Notes: a model not told the origin generated them from the letters alone. A stretch of DNA of 64,000 nt from an uncultured Thermoplasmata archaeon (GCA_963771555.1 CAVYTM010000003.1:392465-456464); one strand, 5' to 3'. Positions 43,908-54,905 are shown, counted from the first letter of the stretch. Numbers and translations are program-made.

Positions 43908-43947
43908 CAATCCTTTTAGGTCGCATCGAGGTCCAACGCCCTTGTAG

Positions 43948-46173
43948 ATGGGCGAGGCCATCACCCTGCGAGTTGCCGAAGCGTTCCAGCAGGACATCGG
44001 CTTAGGTACCGCTCGCCTCGATGTTCAGACCCGACAGCGTCTCAAGGTGGGCCTCGGCGACATCATCGAGGTCCGGGGCCGCAAACCCACCCCGGCCGTG
44101 GTGAGCCGTGCCCAACAAGAAGACGAGGGCAAGGGACTCGTCCGGATCGAGGCGGTCGTCCGTCGAAACGCCGGAGTGAGCATCGGGGACCGCGTCTCGG
44201 TCCAACGGGTCGATTGCCCGAACGCGGACGCGATCACGATCGCCCCGATCTACGCGGGGTCGGCTCGCATGGACCTGGGGCCGGGCCTCGAGAGCTTCGT
44301 GGCGAAAGCGCTCGCCCGTCGGCCGTTCATCCGCGGGGACGTCTTCGTGATCCCCGGGGTCTTCCTCATGGGCGGGTCGCTCCCCTTCATGGTGGTCTCC
44401 ACCCAACCGAAAGGGATCGTCCAGGTCGCCCCGTCCTCGCTGATCACCATCAAGGAAGAAACGGTCAGCGAGACCGAGGTCGCGGCCCCCCGCGTTTCCT
44501 ACGAAGACATCGGGGGTCTCAAAGAAAAGCTCGGCCGCGTCCGCGAGATGATCGAGCTCCCGCTCAAGCACCCCGAGCTGTTCGACCGGCTCGCGATCAC
44601 ACCGCCGAAGGGGGTGCTGCTCTACGGACCCCCCGGCACCGGAAAGACCCTCATCGCGAAGGCCGTCGCGAACGAGGCGGGGGCCCACTTCATCGGGATA
44701 CAGGGCCCCGAGATCATCTCGAAGTACTACGGGGAGAGCGAGAAGGAGCTCCGCGAGAAGTTCGAGGAGGCGGAGAAGAACGCTCCGAGCGTGATCTTCA
44801 TCGACGAGCTCGATTCGATCGCGCCCCGTCGGGACGAGGTCGTGGGCGAAGTGGAGCGACGGGTCGTCGCCCAGCTCCTCACGCTCATGGACGGCCTCTC
44901 GGGACGGGGGAACGTCATCGTCATCGCGGCGACCAATCGCGAAGAGGCGATTGACCCGGCCCTGCGTCGACCCGGCCGCTTTGACCGCGAGATCGAGATC
45001 GGCGTACCGACAATGGAAGGCCGCCTTGAGATCCTGCAGATCCACACCCGGGGGATGCCGATCGAGGGAACCGACAAGGATCGCGAGAAGATCCTGAAGG
45101 TCCTGGCCGCCCAGAGCCACGGCTTCGTCGGCGCCGACCTCTCCTCGCTCGCCCGCGAGGCGGCGATGCGAGCCCTGCGCCGGTACCTCCCTGAGATCGA
45201 TTTCGACCAGCCGATCCCGCTCTCCCTCCTCGAGCGGATGAAGGTGACCGAACACGATTTCCGCGAGGCACTGAAGCAGATCGAGCCGTCGAGCCTACGC
45301 GACGTCGCGGTCGAGATCCCCACGACCCGATGGGAGGAGGTTGGGGGGGTCGAGCGGGTCCGTCGGATCCTCGAGGAGTCGGTCGAGCTGCCGTTCAAGA
45401 ACCCCCAGGTCTACCGCCATATCGGCATCGAACCACCGCGCGGGATCCTCCTCTACGGACCTCCGGGTGTCGGGAAAACGCTCCTCGCCAAGGCGGCCGC
45501 CACCGAAAGCCAAGCGAACTTCATCTCGGTCAAAGGCCCCGAAGTGATGAGCAAATGGGTCGGGGAGAGCGAAAAGGCGATCCGGATGATCTTCAAGAAG
45601 GCCCGCCAGGCCTCCCCCTCGATCGTCTTCATCGACGAAATCGATTCGATCGCCCCCCGACGGGGGATGCAGACCTCGAGCGGCGTGACGGAACGGATCG
45701 TCAACCAGCTTCTCACGTCCATCGACGGCCTCGAATCGCTGGAGCGGGTCCTCGTGATCGCCGCGACGAACCGGCCCGACATCGTGGACGAGGCGCTCCT
45801 TCGTACCGGTCGGTTCGACCGTCTGCTCTACGTGGAGCCTCCCACCGTCGCTGGCCGCCTCGAGATCCTCAAGGTGCACACCCACGCGATGCCCCTCGGC
45901 GAGGACGTCGACCTGAACGTGCTCGCGACCAAGACCGAGGGATACGTCGGGAGCGACCTCGCGGCGCTCTGTCGCGAGGCCGGGCTCACCGCGATCCGGG
46001 AGAGCCTCAAGGCCTCCAAGGTCACGCGCGCCCATTTCGAGACCGCGCTGAAGCAGGTCCGGCCCTCCGTCGATGCGGAGAGTTTGAAGTTCTACGAAGA
46101 TTTCGAGCGTCATCTTCTTCGCGAGCGCGTCGGGCGGCGCCGCGACGAGCCGGTCGAGGCCATCTACCGATAG
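43948..46173 (+). CDS. cdc48: CDC48/VCP/VAT-type AAA+ ATPase
   Basis: 741-aa ORF. N-domain plus two AAA modules ([15 protein letters not shown] and [15 protein letters not shown]). Confidence 0.95.
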   Translation: MGEAITLRVAEAFQQDIGLGTARLDVQTRQRLKVGLGDIIEVRGRKPTPAVVSRAQQEDEGKGLVRIEAVVRRNAGVSIGDRVSVQRVDCPNADAITIAPIYAGSARMDLGPGLESFVAKALARRPFIRGDVFVIPGVFLMGGSLPFMVVSTQPKGIVQVAPSSLITIKEETVSETEVAAPRVSYEDIGGLKEKLGRVREMIELPLKHPELFDRLAITPPKGVLLYGPPGTGKTLIAKAVANEAGAHFIGIQGPEIISKYYGESEKELREKFEEAEKNAPSVIFIDELDSIAPRRDEVVGEVERRVVAQLLTLMDGLSGRGNVIVIAATNREEAIDPALRRPGRFDREIEIGVPTMEGRLEILQIHTRGMPIEGTDKDREKILKVLAAQSHGFVGADLSSLAREAAMRALRRYLPEIDFDQPIPLSLLERMKVTEHDFREALKQIEPSSLRDVAVEIPTTRWEEVGGVERVRRILEESVELPFKNPQVYRHIGIEPPRGILLYGPPGVGKTLLAKAAATESQANFISVKGPEVMSKWVGESEKAIRMIFKKARQASPSIVFIDEIDSIAPRRGMQTSSGVTERIVNQLLTSIDGLESLERVLVIAATNRPDIVDEALLRTGRFDRLLYVEPPTVAGRLEILKVHTHAMPLGEDVDLNVLATKTEGYVGSDLAALCREAGLTAIRESLKASKVTRAHFETALKQVRPSVDAESLKFYEDFERHLLRERVGRRRDEPVEAIYR

Positions 46174-46216
46174 GCCGCGAGCTCGGGCGTCGGCCGCAGC
46201 GGCTCCGTCAAGCAAG

Positions 46217-46224
46217 CTATAAGT
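46217..46224 (+). promoter_or_regulatory. TATA box (CTATAAGT) upstream of the surface glycoprotein gene
   Basis: Lies ~57 nt upstream of GTG 46281. GGGAG Shine-Dalgarno 5 nt before the start. Confidence 0.4.
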
Positions 46225-46280
46225 AGCAGGGCTAAGTTCGGCGCGCCGCCCCCGATAGGGGGCCGCCATAAACGGGAGAA

Positions 46281-49200
46281 GTGAAACAGTTGGTTCGACA
46301 TCAGTACAGCGCCGCCCTGTGGGTCCTCGTACTGATCGCGCTGGTGACGAGCTCACTGGCTGCGATTGCGGGTGCCCAGGCCGGTTCGCCAGCGAACTAC
46401 ACGCTGACGGGCTACGTGGAACAGTCGGGTGGACCCTCTCCGCCCCCTGTTCCGGCGGGTGTACAAGTCGACCTCGTGTCTCGGGCCACCGGTCAGGTAT
46501 TCGCGACCACGATCACCGGGAACGGCGGACAGTTCTCGTTCACGACCGCCAGTACGGGCGGGGCCTTGGTGCCCGGCTACTGGGGCGTTCTGGGTGCCGG
46601 CGCAGGGCAACATCAGCCTACCCGCCTGCAATCCCACGCGGCCGTACCAGTGCGCCATCCTTCCCACGAACCAGAACCCGGTCTTCCAGTTCGAGAACGC
46701 CACCGCGCTCACGACCGCCTTCTACCCGACGGTCATCTCGGGAGTATCGGTCCTTCCGTACAGCGGGAACATCACCGGCAACGTCACCTCGGGAGGCTCG
46801 CCCGAGCCCGGGGCCCGCGTCTCCGTCCTCGACCCCAATTACAACGGGCTCGCACTGGTGAACAACACCACCGCTTCGAGCGGTGCGTTCACCGTCCGAG
46901 TTCCGATCGGAACCTGGGTCGTTAAGACCACCCTGGCCGGACCCTCCACCGAGTACAACGTCACTCAGGTCGCCGTCCTGAACCGGACCACCGTCTTCGC
47001 GCAGATCCACATCCAGAACTACGTCGTGTCGGGGTACGTCGACCTGCAGTCGAACCCTTCCGCGCACGTGCCCACGGCGGGGAACGTGACGCTGTTCGAC
47101 CCTACGAACGGTTACCTCTATTCGAGTAGCACCCCGGTGGGAGGCTACTACTCCGCGGGAACGTACCCGCTCAACTTCGTGAGCGGCTCACAGACGTTCG
47201 ACGTGGTCCTTTCGTCGATCGGCTACGGGACGGTTCTGGTATCCGCTGACCGTTTCGAGCTCGACCCCCCAGTACCAGAACGTTCTCGTCTCCCCGCTCG
47301 CGCCGAGCCAGTCCGGTAGTTACCAAACGACCCTCAACTTCTCGGGGATCAACGTCGTTACCGGTAAGGGAAACCTCGCGGTCCAGACCGTCGCAACCCT
47401 CGGCAACGACACCGTCTTCCCGAACCTCCCGAACGCCACCGTCGGACAACTCTGGGCCCAACTCGGCCTCGACTTCGACCATTCGATCGCGTTCTCGGGC
47501 GCTTCGCTGCCGACCGTGGCGAGCTTCGTGAACTCCACGGGGCCGTTCTTCCCCGCGGTCCAGGCTCAGACGACGGTTAACGGGACCGGATTTGTCGGCC
47601 CGACCGCCCCCCAGACGCTCGCGAGCTGGTCTTCTACCTGTTCGGGCTCCTGCGGGCTGTCCACGGGTGGGAACCTTACCTACCAGTGGTCGCAGACCTA
47701 CGGTCTCAACGGGAGCGTCCCGGTCAACGGAACCACCTATAAGATCGCGTTCGGATTCGCCCACCCGGCATCGAGCTCGGACCTGTTCAACTATACCCTC
47801 GTTCTACCGACAGGGTACGTTCTCGCGGCCAACACGCAGGCCCCCGTTGGAACCCGCCTCGCGGCGGCCGGTCCGGGTGGGACGTGGACGAGCTTTACTC
47901 TCCAATCCCTGCCCAGCACCTCGCTCTCCGGGAGTGCCTCGTTCTCGATCGTGAAGTACTCGGCCCTGACGGCAATCGTCAACGCGTCGGTGTCGAACTT
48001 CGCGTTCTCGAGCAAGAACGTCCTCAACAGCACGAACGGCAACTACACGGTGGAGGTCGGGGTCGGCCAGAACGTGACGTTCAGCGCCCTGAACTCACTC
48101 TACCCGGCCGGCACGAACGGGACCAAATTCGCCTGGACGTTCGGGGACGGCGGAACGGCCTCGACCGCCTCCGCGACCACGAACCACACCTACTCGAGCG
48201 CGAGCGGTGCGACGGCCCTCCTCGGGAAGCTCACGGTCACGAGCTCGGGGGGCCTCACGAACGCGACTGCCTTCCACGTCTGGGTCGCCCAGGGGCCGGT
48301 CGTTGCCCAGATCTCCGCGAACTCGACTGCGGCGCAGAACAAGACCACCCCCGCGTCGACCCCCTACCTGTTGGTCAAATGGGGTACGGTGCTCTACTTC
48401 AACGCGAGCGCGAGCTCCGCTCAGGTCAGTCCGACGTCCGCGGTGAAGGGCGTGCTCTCGGTCGCTTCGTTCGCCCTTGTCTCCTCGCACGGGTTCAAGC
48501 AGACCGCCAACTACTCGGTGGGCCAAGGGGCGTACTTCGGCTCGAACTTCACCGTCCAGTTCCTCGGCGCCGGTAGTTATCTTACGGCCGGCATGGTCGG
48601 CGCAACCTCGGTACCGTTCCTGGGTTGGCAGGTACAATCTCACCCTGACCGTCTGGTCCGGGACCGGCCAGAGCGCGAAGTCGACGCTCGTGATCCTCGT
48701 GAACGACACGGAGAAGCCCACCCCGGCCTTCCAGGTGCTCACCTCGGCGGGAAAGCCCGTTTCGGGGAGCGGCGTGGTCGCGCTCACGAACCTCTCCGCG
48801 AACGTGCAGCTCAACGGCGCGAACGCCTCCGACCCCCACAACGGGTCCGTCGTGAAGTTCTACTGGCACGTCTACAATTCGGCGAACACCAAGTTCCAGG
48901 TGGCCTTCAACGTCACGACCGTGAAGCCGTACCCGTCGGTCTGGCTCCCGGCCTCGACCACCTCCTACACGGTCAACCTGACGGTCTGGGACAGAAACGG
49001 GAATGTGGCCAACGCCACGCAGCAGCTTTCCGTCTCGCAGAACACGACCACCTCCCCGATCATGGCGGCGACGAACCTCACCGGCCCGACGAGCCTCACG
49101 GACGGTTCCTCGGCGACGTACTGGGTGAACATCACGGTCGGCGGCGGTTCGAAGTCGGTCGGGATGGGGGTCGCGGTGGCGTTCTACATCCTCTCGCCGA

Positions 49201-49664
49201 GCGGGTCGGGCAACCGGATCTATATCGGAGGCTCCCCGGCCTCGGTCCAGTTCTTCAACTACACCTCGAAGGGCGTCCCCAACACGGTCTCCTTCGCGAC
49301 CGGTAGCATCGGGAGCCTTGCGTTCAACACGACCGTTCGGGCGGTGGTCAGCTGGACCCCGGTGGTCACGGGGAACTACGTCCTCTACGCGAACGCGACG
49401 GCGACCAACGAGTTCGCGGGCGACTACAAGAACAGCCCGTCGGTCGTGTCGCAATCGATCTCGATCGCTCCGAACCCCACGACCCAGCTGCTCGAGTACG
49501 TCGCGGTCGGTGTCGCCGTCGTCGTGGTGCTCCTGCTCATCATCCTCTACTACCGCCGCCGCTCGCGCAAGGGCGTGACGAAGAGCGGGTCCGGCGGCCG
49601 CTCGGTCCTCGAGCGCTCGAAGCGCCCGGCCGATGAAGACGACGACGAGGACGACGAGAAGTAA
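46281..49664 (+). pseudogene. large surface (S-layer-like) glycoprotein with signal peptide, PKD-like domain and C-terminal TM anchor; three frame breaks as assembled
   Basis: Four consecutive ORF pieces carry the protein-like reading. They are 46281..~46585 (frame 0), ~46588..~47232 (frame 1), ~47235..~48620 (frame 2) and ~48621..49664 (frame 0). Signal peptide MKQLVRHQYSAALWVLVLIALVTSSLAAIAGAQA. Dozens of N-x-S/T sequons. PKD-like FAWTFGDGGTAS..HTYSSASG. C-terminal LLEYVAVGVAVVVVLLLIILYYRRRSRK plus an acidic tail. Confidence 0.8.
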
Positions 49665-49785
49665 GGACGGCTCCCCCGGCGCGGCGGGGACGACCAACCC
49701 TTTCCTTCGGTCTTTCTATCGTCCACAACCGGTCATTAGGCCCGTCGCTCGACCTTCGTCGCCCGGAGGCGCGGAACTCCTAGGG

Positions 49786-49793
49786 TGTATATT
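49786..49793 (+). promoter_or_regulatory. TATA box (TGTATATT) upstream of the solute-binding protein gene
   Basis: The only strong AT-rich element in the 264-nt spacer. It lies 49 nt upstream of ATG 49842 and 136 nt upstream of ATG 49929. Confidence 0.4.
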
Positions 49794-49928
49794 CCGAACG
49801 GGGCCTTTAGGGTCGGTCGTTCCAAACCGAGTCAGGCATCGATGAGCGAAGGACCGGGAGCCGTGCCGGCGCCCGTCGCACGGACGCCGAAACGACGGCG
49901 ATAGTCTCCCAAAGCCGCTGTCGCGGTC

Positions 49929-52900
49929 ATGGTCACTGCCGTCGTGATCGTCGGCGGGGTCGGTTACGCGATTCTTAACTCGATTACGTCGACCACCACC
50001 CAGCACAGCGCGCCGGATACGTGTGCCACCGATCCGCGGCTGTGCTGTTGTGACGGAAAGATCAACGACGTGGTCCTCTTCACGCCCTTCCTGCCGGGGA
50101 TCGGTCAGACGATGGTCCCGATCGAACAGGGTCAATCGTTGCCGGCGACCGTCTCCCTGTCGGGGGGAGAGGCCGCCGACAGCTTCACAGTGAACTGGGG
50201 GGACGGGGCGAACTCGACCCAGGCCTCCCCCTCCTTCACCCACATCTACCACGGCCTGGGAACCTACGTGGCCTACGCCACCGCCGTGGTGCACAATACG
50301 ACGCACACCGGCTACACCTACCTCGTTCCGCTTTCCGTCACGCCGACCCTCTCGGACACTTCGAGCGGGGAGTTCCCCGTGTTGACGACGACCTTCTCGA
50401 ACGGGTCGGCGTTGTTCGGCGGTGTCTATCCGTGGGTCTCCGGGGCGGGATCGGTCCGGGTCTCCGCCGAGTATTCCAGGCTTCCGACGGCGGTGGGATA
50501 CGTTGCGCTCTCTCCTAGGATCATCTCCTCGGGCGGGAACCCAATTTCCAACGCCAACAACAGCACCGGCGCGAATGCCGCCTACTCGTTCGGCTCGCCG
50601 GGAAATTACAGAATCACGTTCGTCGGTCCGGTCGCGGGGCCGAGCGGAACGGTCTACCAGAACTACACCTGGGGCGTGTTCGTCGCTCCCAACGGAACCC
50701 CGTTGGGCACTCAATCCGTCCGCTCGTGTGGATGTGGTTCCAGCCCACACACGGGATCCCTGTACATCTACGAGATCGTCCCCGGCGGTGCCACCAGCCT
50801 TGACCCGGCGGTCGACTACGAGACGACCGGCGGCGAGATCATCCAGAACGTCTACGAGACGCTCGTACAGTACGCCGGAGACTCGACCGCGAGTTATGTC
50901 CCGGTCCTGTCGATGTGCGTTCCCGGTCCGGCCGCGTCGGGCCCTGGCTCCTGCCAGGCCCAGTACGGCAGCGACCTGCAGACGGGCAACTACTGGACGT
51001 TCCCGATCAACCCGAACGCCAGCTTCTACGACCCGAGCACGGCCACGTCCTGGGGAGTCTACCCGTCGGACGTGATGTTCTCCATCTCGCGCACCCTGAT
51101 GTGGTTACAGACCCCGAGCCAGTACACGACGCCCGGTTGGATGATCGGCCAATCCCTGCTGCCCTACGGTCAGAGCTCGTTCGATGGCGGGATCCACACC
51201 CCGTGGAACAACACCCCGCAGAACGTCTACGGCGCGTTCCTGGTAAACGACTCGAAGTACTGTCCCACCGACGCCATGACGCAAGCTCACGGATGCATCA
51301 CCTTCAATGCAGCCGGTTCGGCCACCGTCTGGCCCGAGATCCTGGAGTTCCTCGAGAACTCGGAAGGCTCGTCGGTGGTTCCGTGCGGTTGGTTCACCTC
51401 GCTCGGCGCGGGGCTGCCCGGGTTCGCGACCAACGCGGCGCACGGGGACGGCCCCTGCCTCCTCCCCGGTGGCGGGACCACGACCAACGCCTCGGCGTTC
51501 ACGAGCTATGTCTCGGGCGCGAACCCGAAGTTGTTCGACCCGATCATCGCCCTCGACGCGACCAACATCTACCAGCCTCAGCCACAGGTGCGCTGGAACA
51601 TCGTTGGAAGTGGCCCATACTATCTCAAGAGCGTCGACCAGGGCCAAGGCTACATTCTGAAGGCAAACCCGGCCTACACACAGCCGAACTGCGCTGGTCT
51701 GCCTGGCTGCTACGCCGCGGCGAATAACTACGCGAGCACCGTCAACGTGTTCTGGGACCAGAACTCCGTCACGGGGGTCGAACAGTACATCGCCGGTCAG
51801 TCGGACGTCTCGACCTTCTTCCCGACCGACATCCCGACGATCCTCAACCTGGTGCATGCGGGCAAGGTGGGGCTGTTTACCATGCCAACCCTGAATGTGT
51901 TTCCCGAAGGGTTCTCTTTCCACTTCGACCCCAATCAAACCCAGAATGCCTCCGGCCTGCCAACGAACATTTCGGCCGACTTCTTCTCCTATGTCGGGAT
52001 GAGGGAGTTCCTCTCCCAGTCGTTCCCGTACAACACGTACATCACGGTGGACAACACGGAGGACGGGGTTCCGTTCATCCAGGGCGAGGGCGGAGCGATT
52101 CCCGACTACCTCGGGAACTACTACCCCACGAACATCTCGTGGCCCGGCCTAAACACAACGACCGGCGCCTGGATGGACCCCAACGAGAACGTGACGGAAG
52201 TCGGAAGTGCAACGTGGTGGTGGGCCCAGACCACGAATCAGTCGAGCCCTTACTACGACCCGGAGGCGGTGGCGTGCATGTCGCAAAGCTGCACATTCCC
52301 AATCGGGTCGCAGCTCGGTGACGCACCGCTCGACTCGGCCGTCGACCTCTGGGGCTCGACCATCGACCACATCACCCGCGGAGCAATCGTGACCAGCCGT
52401 TGGGATCCGACCCCCGGTGGCCAGATTGTCCTGAACCTGGGGAGCGTTCCGGGAACGAGTCCCTGGCCCATGTTCGTCGCCGGCTGGCTGCCCGACTACC
52501 CCGACCCCACGGACTACATGGCCCCATTCTACTACCCGGATGCGTCGTTCACTTACTCCTCGGCGCTGAACGAAACGTTTGTCGGCGGAGCCTGGGGCAA
52601 CCTCTACAACGGGTGTACGGCGAACGCCGCCGACACCTTCGCGAATCTAGTGTACTGGGCGGACCAGAAGCCGCTGGTCCCCCAGCAATGCCAGGGGACG
52701 GCCTATTCCGTCATGACCTGGGCGATGTATCAGGCCGCGGTCATGCCCGTGGGCCCGGAACGCGTGCTGTACTACAACTTGGTCGAGCACGTCGCGAACG
52801 GGCTCGTCCTCCACGTTTACAACTCCCAACAGGTCGGTCTCGGGTCCTACGCGAACTGGATCAACCCCGCCGGCATCTGGACCAATGTGGTAGCACCGGG

Positions 52901-52940
52901 CCAGCTCTGGTTCCAATGGTATGGAAACGGGGTAGTCTGA
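49929..52940 (+). CDS. extracellular solute-binding protein, family 5 (peptide/nickel type) with N-terminal TM anchor and PKD-like domain
   Basis: 1003-aa ORF. N-terminal hydrophobic anchor, then FTVNWGDGANS..HIYHGLGTY (PKD-like), then the SBP_bac_5 core (YIYEIVPGGATSLDPAVDYETTGGEIIQNVYETLVQY). An in-frame upstream ATG at 49842 is separated from the ORF by one TAG. No ABC permease or ATPase genes are adjacent. Confidence 0.8.
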   Translation: MVTAVVIVGGVGYAILNSITSTTTQHSAPDTCATDPRLCCCDGKINDVVLFTPFLPGIGQTMVPIEQGQSLPATVSLSGGEAADSFTVNWGDGANSTQASPSFTHIYHGLGTYVAYATAVVHNTTHTGYTYLVPLSVTPTLSDTSSGEFPVLTTTFSNGSALFGGVYPWVSGAGSVRVSAEYSRLPTAVGYVALSPRIISSGGNPISNANNSTGANAAYSFGSPGNYRITFVGPVAGPSGTVYQNYTWGVFVAPNGTPLGTQSVRSCGCGSSPHTGSLYIYEIVPGGATSLDPAVDYETTGGEIIQNVYETLVQYAGDSTASYVPVLSMCVPGPAASGPGSCQAQYGSDLQTGNYWTFPINPNASFYDPSTATSWGVYPSDVMFSISRTLMWLQTPSQYTTPGWMIGQSLLPYGQSSFDGGIHTPWNNTPQNVYGAFLVNDSKYCPTDAMTQAHGCITFNAAGSATVWPEILEFLENSEGSSVVPCGWFTSLGAGLPGFATNAAHGDGPCLLPGGGTTTNASAFTSYVSGANPKLFDPIIALDATNIYQPQPQVRWNIVGSGPYYLKSVDQGQGYILKANPAYTQPNCAGLPGCYAAANNYASTVNVFWDQNSVTGVEQYIAGQSDVSTFFPTDIPTILNLVHAGKVGLFTMPTLNVFPEGFSFHFDPNQTQNASGLPTNISADFFSYVGMREFLSQSFPYNTYITVDNTEDGVPFIQGEGGAIPDYLGNYYPTNISWPGLNTTTGAWMDPNENVTEVGSATWWWAQTTNQSSPYYDPEAVACMSQSCTFPIGSQLGDAPLDSAVDLWGSTIDHITRGAIVTSRWDPTPGGQIVLNLGSVPGTSPWPMFVAGWLPDYPDPTDYMAPFYYPDASFTYSSALNETFVGGAWGNLYNGCTANAADTFANLVYWADQKPLVPQQCQGTAYSVMTWAMYQAAVMPVGPERVLYYNLVEHVANGLVLHVYNSQQVGLGSYANWINPAGIWTNVVAPGQLWFQWYGNGVV

Positions 52941-53077
52941 ACCGGAGGGCGCCGGAACCCTCTTAGCGCGATCCGAGACCGATCTTCGTCACTTGTCTCG
53001 CCCCATCGGATTCCCACCCCGAGTGGGACGGTAGCGCTGGCCCGACGATCTCGTCGGGTCATCTGAGTGGTAAGCGT

Positions 53078-53275
53078 TCAGCCGTACGGGCCGACCTCGT
53101 CCAAGAGGTCGACATGGGTGAGCAGCATCCGGCGGCAGCAGTACCGGTTGAGACCCAACGCGTCCAGCACCGCGCCCGCGGGCTCGCCGCGGGCCGTCCG
53201 TTCGCGGTACTCGTCCCAGTGCTGACCGATCACGGCTCCGCAAGTAAAGCAGCGGACCGGTACCATCATCGTCAT
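53078..53275 (-). CDS. rpoN: DNA-directed RNA polymerase subunit N (Rpb10)
   Basis: 65-aa ORF. PVRCFTCG...YCCRRM zinc-binding pattern. The true start may be the 3rd or 4th Met. Confidence 0.9.
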   Translation of the reverse strand: MTMMVPVRCFTCGAVIGQHWDEYRERTARGEPAGAVLDALGLNRYCCRRMLLTHVDLLDEVGPYG

Positions 53276-53292
53276 CGGGTTCTACCTCCAGC

Positions 53293-53700
53293 TCAGCGGT
53301 ACGACTTCTGCCGGCGTGCCCGAGCCCCACGGCCGCCGGGGCGCTTCGGCAGCTTGCGGCGCGGGTCGTTCACGAGGAGCGAGCGGTCGTAGGTCTTGAA
53401 CATCTCCTTCAGCTGATCGTCCTTGAGCCACGTGATGAGGCCGCGGGCCACGGCGGTGCGGGCCGCCGACGCCTGGCCGACATAGCCTCCGCCCGAGACC
53501 TGGACCGTGATGTCGAGGTTCTTCGCACGGTCACCGACCATGAGGAGCGGCTCCTGGACCTTCAAGCGAATGAGCTCGGGCTCGACAAGCTCGAGCGGCC
53601 GGTCGTTGAAGCGAACGCGACCCACTCCCTTGCGCACCGTGGCGCGAGCGACCGCCGTCTTGCGCTTTCCAGTGGTGAGAACGACCACGGGGGCCTTCAA
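53293..53700 (-). CDS. rps9: 30S ribosomal protein S9 (uS9)
   Basis: 135-aa ORF. GKRKTAVARA.., SGGGYVGQA.., ends RRQKSYR. Confidence 0.95.
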   Translation of the reverse strand: MKAPVVVLTTGKRKTAVARATVRKGVGRVRFNDRPLELVEPELIRLKVQEPLLMVGDRAKNLDITVQVSGGGYVGQASAARTAVARGLITWLKDDQLKEMFKTYDRSLLVNDPRRKLPKRPGGRGARARRQKSYR

Positions 53701-54137
53701 ACGCGGGCCCCCAAGAGCTTCGTAATCTCGGCGAGCGTGACGGGCGGTCGGAGCGTCGGGCGGGCCTTCGCGTCGTCGAGCGTCTCGGTGGGCTGCCCCG
53801 CGTATTCGGTCGGGACGCCGATGTAGACTTCGAGCCGACGGAACGCCACCTTGCCCCGGGTCTGAAGGTGGGGAAGCATGCCGCGGACCGTGCGACGGAA
53901 GATCCGGTCCGGATATCGGGGGAAGTGGGGTCCGCTGCGGACGGAGCCGCGGGCGCGGGCTTCGGTGTAGTGGGCGATCGCTTGCGTCCGGCCGCCGGTG
54001 ACGACGCTCTTCTCCGCGTTCACCACGACGATCGTCTCTCCATTCAGGAGCCTCTTCGCGATCAAGCTCGCCGCTCGACCCAGGACGAGATTGCTCGCGT
54101 CGATGAGCTTCGGGGATTCCTTCGGAGCGTCAGGCAA
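53697..54137 (-). CDS. rpl13: 50S ribosomal protein L13 (uL13)
   Basis: 146-aa ORF. IDASNLVLGRAASLIAKRLLNGE.IVVVNAEK pattern. 4-nt overlap with rps9. Confidence 0.95.
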   Translation of the reverse strand: MPDAPKESPKLIDASNLVLGRAASLIAKRLLNGETIVVVNAEKSVVTGGRTQAIAHYTEARARGSVRSGPHFPRYPDRIFRRTVRGMLPHLQTRGKVAFRRLEVYIGVPTEYAGQPTETLDDAKARPTLRPPVTLAEITKLLGARV

Positions 54138-54495
54138 GGAGGCGCACCCCCGCCCCGTCGGGCTTGACCTTGATGAGGTCGTGCACCGTGATCGCGACCC
54201 CGCCAGCCGCGTGGATCTTTGTTCGCGCGTCCTTCGAGTAGGAAAAAGCGGCGACGGTGAGCTTCTTCGAGAGCGGTCCGTGGGCGAGGAGCTTTCCCGG
54301 AACGACCACGGTCTCGCCGGCCTCGGTCAATCGGTCGAGATGCCCCACGTTCACCGGAGTCACCTGGTGTCGGGGCCGTTCGAGGCGGTCCGCCACGGAC
54401 GCCCAGATCGGCGCCTTGTTGGAACGCGACGCCCGGCGCAGCTCGACGATGAGCCGAACGAGCTCGGAATTCTCCTTAGGAATGGGATGGGCCAT
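54130..54495 (-). CDS. rpl18e: 50S ribosomal protein L18e (eL18)
   Basis: 121-aa ORF. N-terminus NSELVRLIVELRRASRSNKAPIWASVA.. is typical of L18e. First gene of the L18e-L13-S9-RpoN cluster. Confidence 0.9.
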   Translation of the reverse strand: MAHPIPKENSELVRLIVELRRASRSNKAPIWASVADRLERPRHQVTPVNVGHLDRLTEAGETVVVPGKLLAHGPLSKKLTVAAFSYSKDARTKIHAAGGVAITVHDLIKVKPDGAGVRLLA

Positions 54496-54523
54496 GGGCG
54501 AGGAGGGCTCGACCCGGGTGGCT

Positions 54524-54531
54524 CATATAAG
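54524..54531 (-). promoter_or_regulatory. TATA box (CTTATATG on minus strand) for the rpl18e-rpl13-rps9-rpoN unit
   Basis: Lies 29-36 nt upstream of ATG 54495. Confidence 0.45.
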
Positions 54532-54620
54532 CGTTGCCGGGAAGCGAACTGTCGGATCGCCGGCTCTCGTTCGCCGGTGTGCCACCGGGGCCTGCGCGCG
54601 CTTCCGATACCCACGAACGG

Positions 54621-54628
54621 TTAAATAC
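54621..54628 (+). promoter_or_regulatory. TATA box (TTAAATAC) upstream of the PRC-barrel gene
   Basis: Lies 35-42 nt upstream of ATG 54663. Confidence 0.45.
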
Positions 54629-54662
54629 GCCCCGCCGCCATCGGCGCTCGAGGCCGATCCCT

Positions 54663-54905
54663 ATGCGTAAGTTCCTCACCGAACTCCGAGGAAAGACGGT
54701 CATGACGAACGACGGCCAGATCCTGGGCATGATCGACAACTTCGTCGTCGACACGTTGACCGGCGGGATCGCCCACGTCCTGGTCACCCCGAGCGAGGAC
54801 GTCGAACAGCGCCTCTTCCAGAGCGATGCGTCGGGCCGGCTCGTGCTCCCTTTCAAGAGCATGCGCGCGGTCAAGGACGTCGTCGTGATGGAAATTGGGA
54901 AGTAA
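54663..54905 (+). CDS. PRC-barrel domain protein
   Basis: ATG-initiated part of ORF 54534..54905. LRGKTVMTNDGQILGMIDNFVVDTLTGGIAHVLV is the PRC-barrel pattern. Confidence 0.7.
   Translation: MRKFLTELRGKTVMTNDGQILGMIDNFVVDTLTGGIAHVLVTPSEDVEQRLFQSDASGRLVLPFKSMRAVKDVVVMEIGK

Noticed and set aside
46581-48630. All three glycoprotein frame breaks can be drawn next to a TTC-TGG (Phe-Trp) pair, hinting at a programmed frameshift signal.
   Set aside because: The junction placement is ambiguous by several nucleotides, and there is no slippery heptamer or downstream structure. Each site also coincides with a short same-base run. The breaks in alaS, purL and pepA lack the motif.
49902-49904. TAG decoded as pyrrolysine.
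   Set aside because: No pyl genes or methylamine methyltransferases are visible in the window, and all other genes here end normally (several with TAG). It is kept only as one option inside the finding, not as a claim.
53041-53058. A perfect 8-bp inverted repeat (CCCGACGA-TC-TCGTCGGG) between the convergent solute-binding protein and rpoN genes, as a possible terminator.
   Set aside because: No oligo-T tract lies on either strand, and that is the usual archaeal termination signal. A single hairpin in GC-rich DNA is weak evidence.
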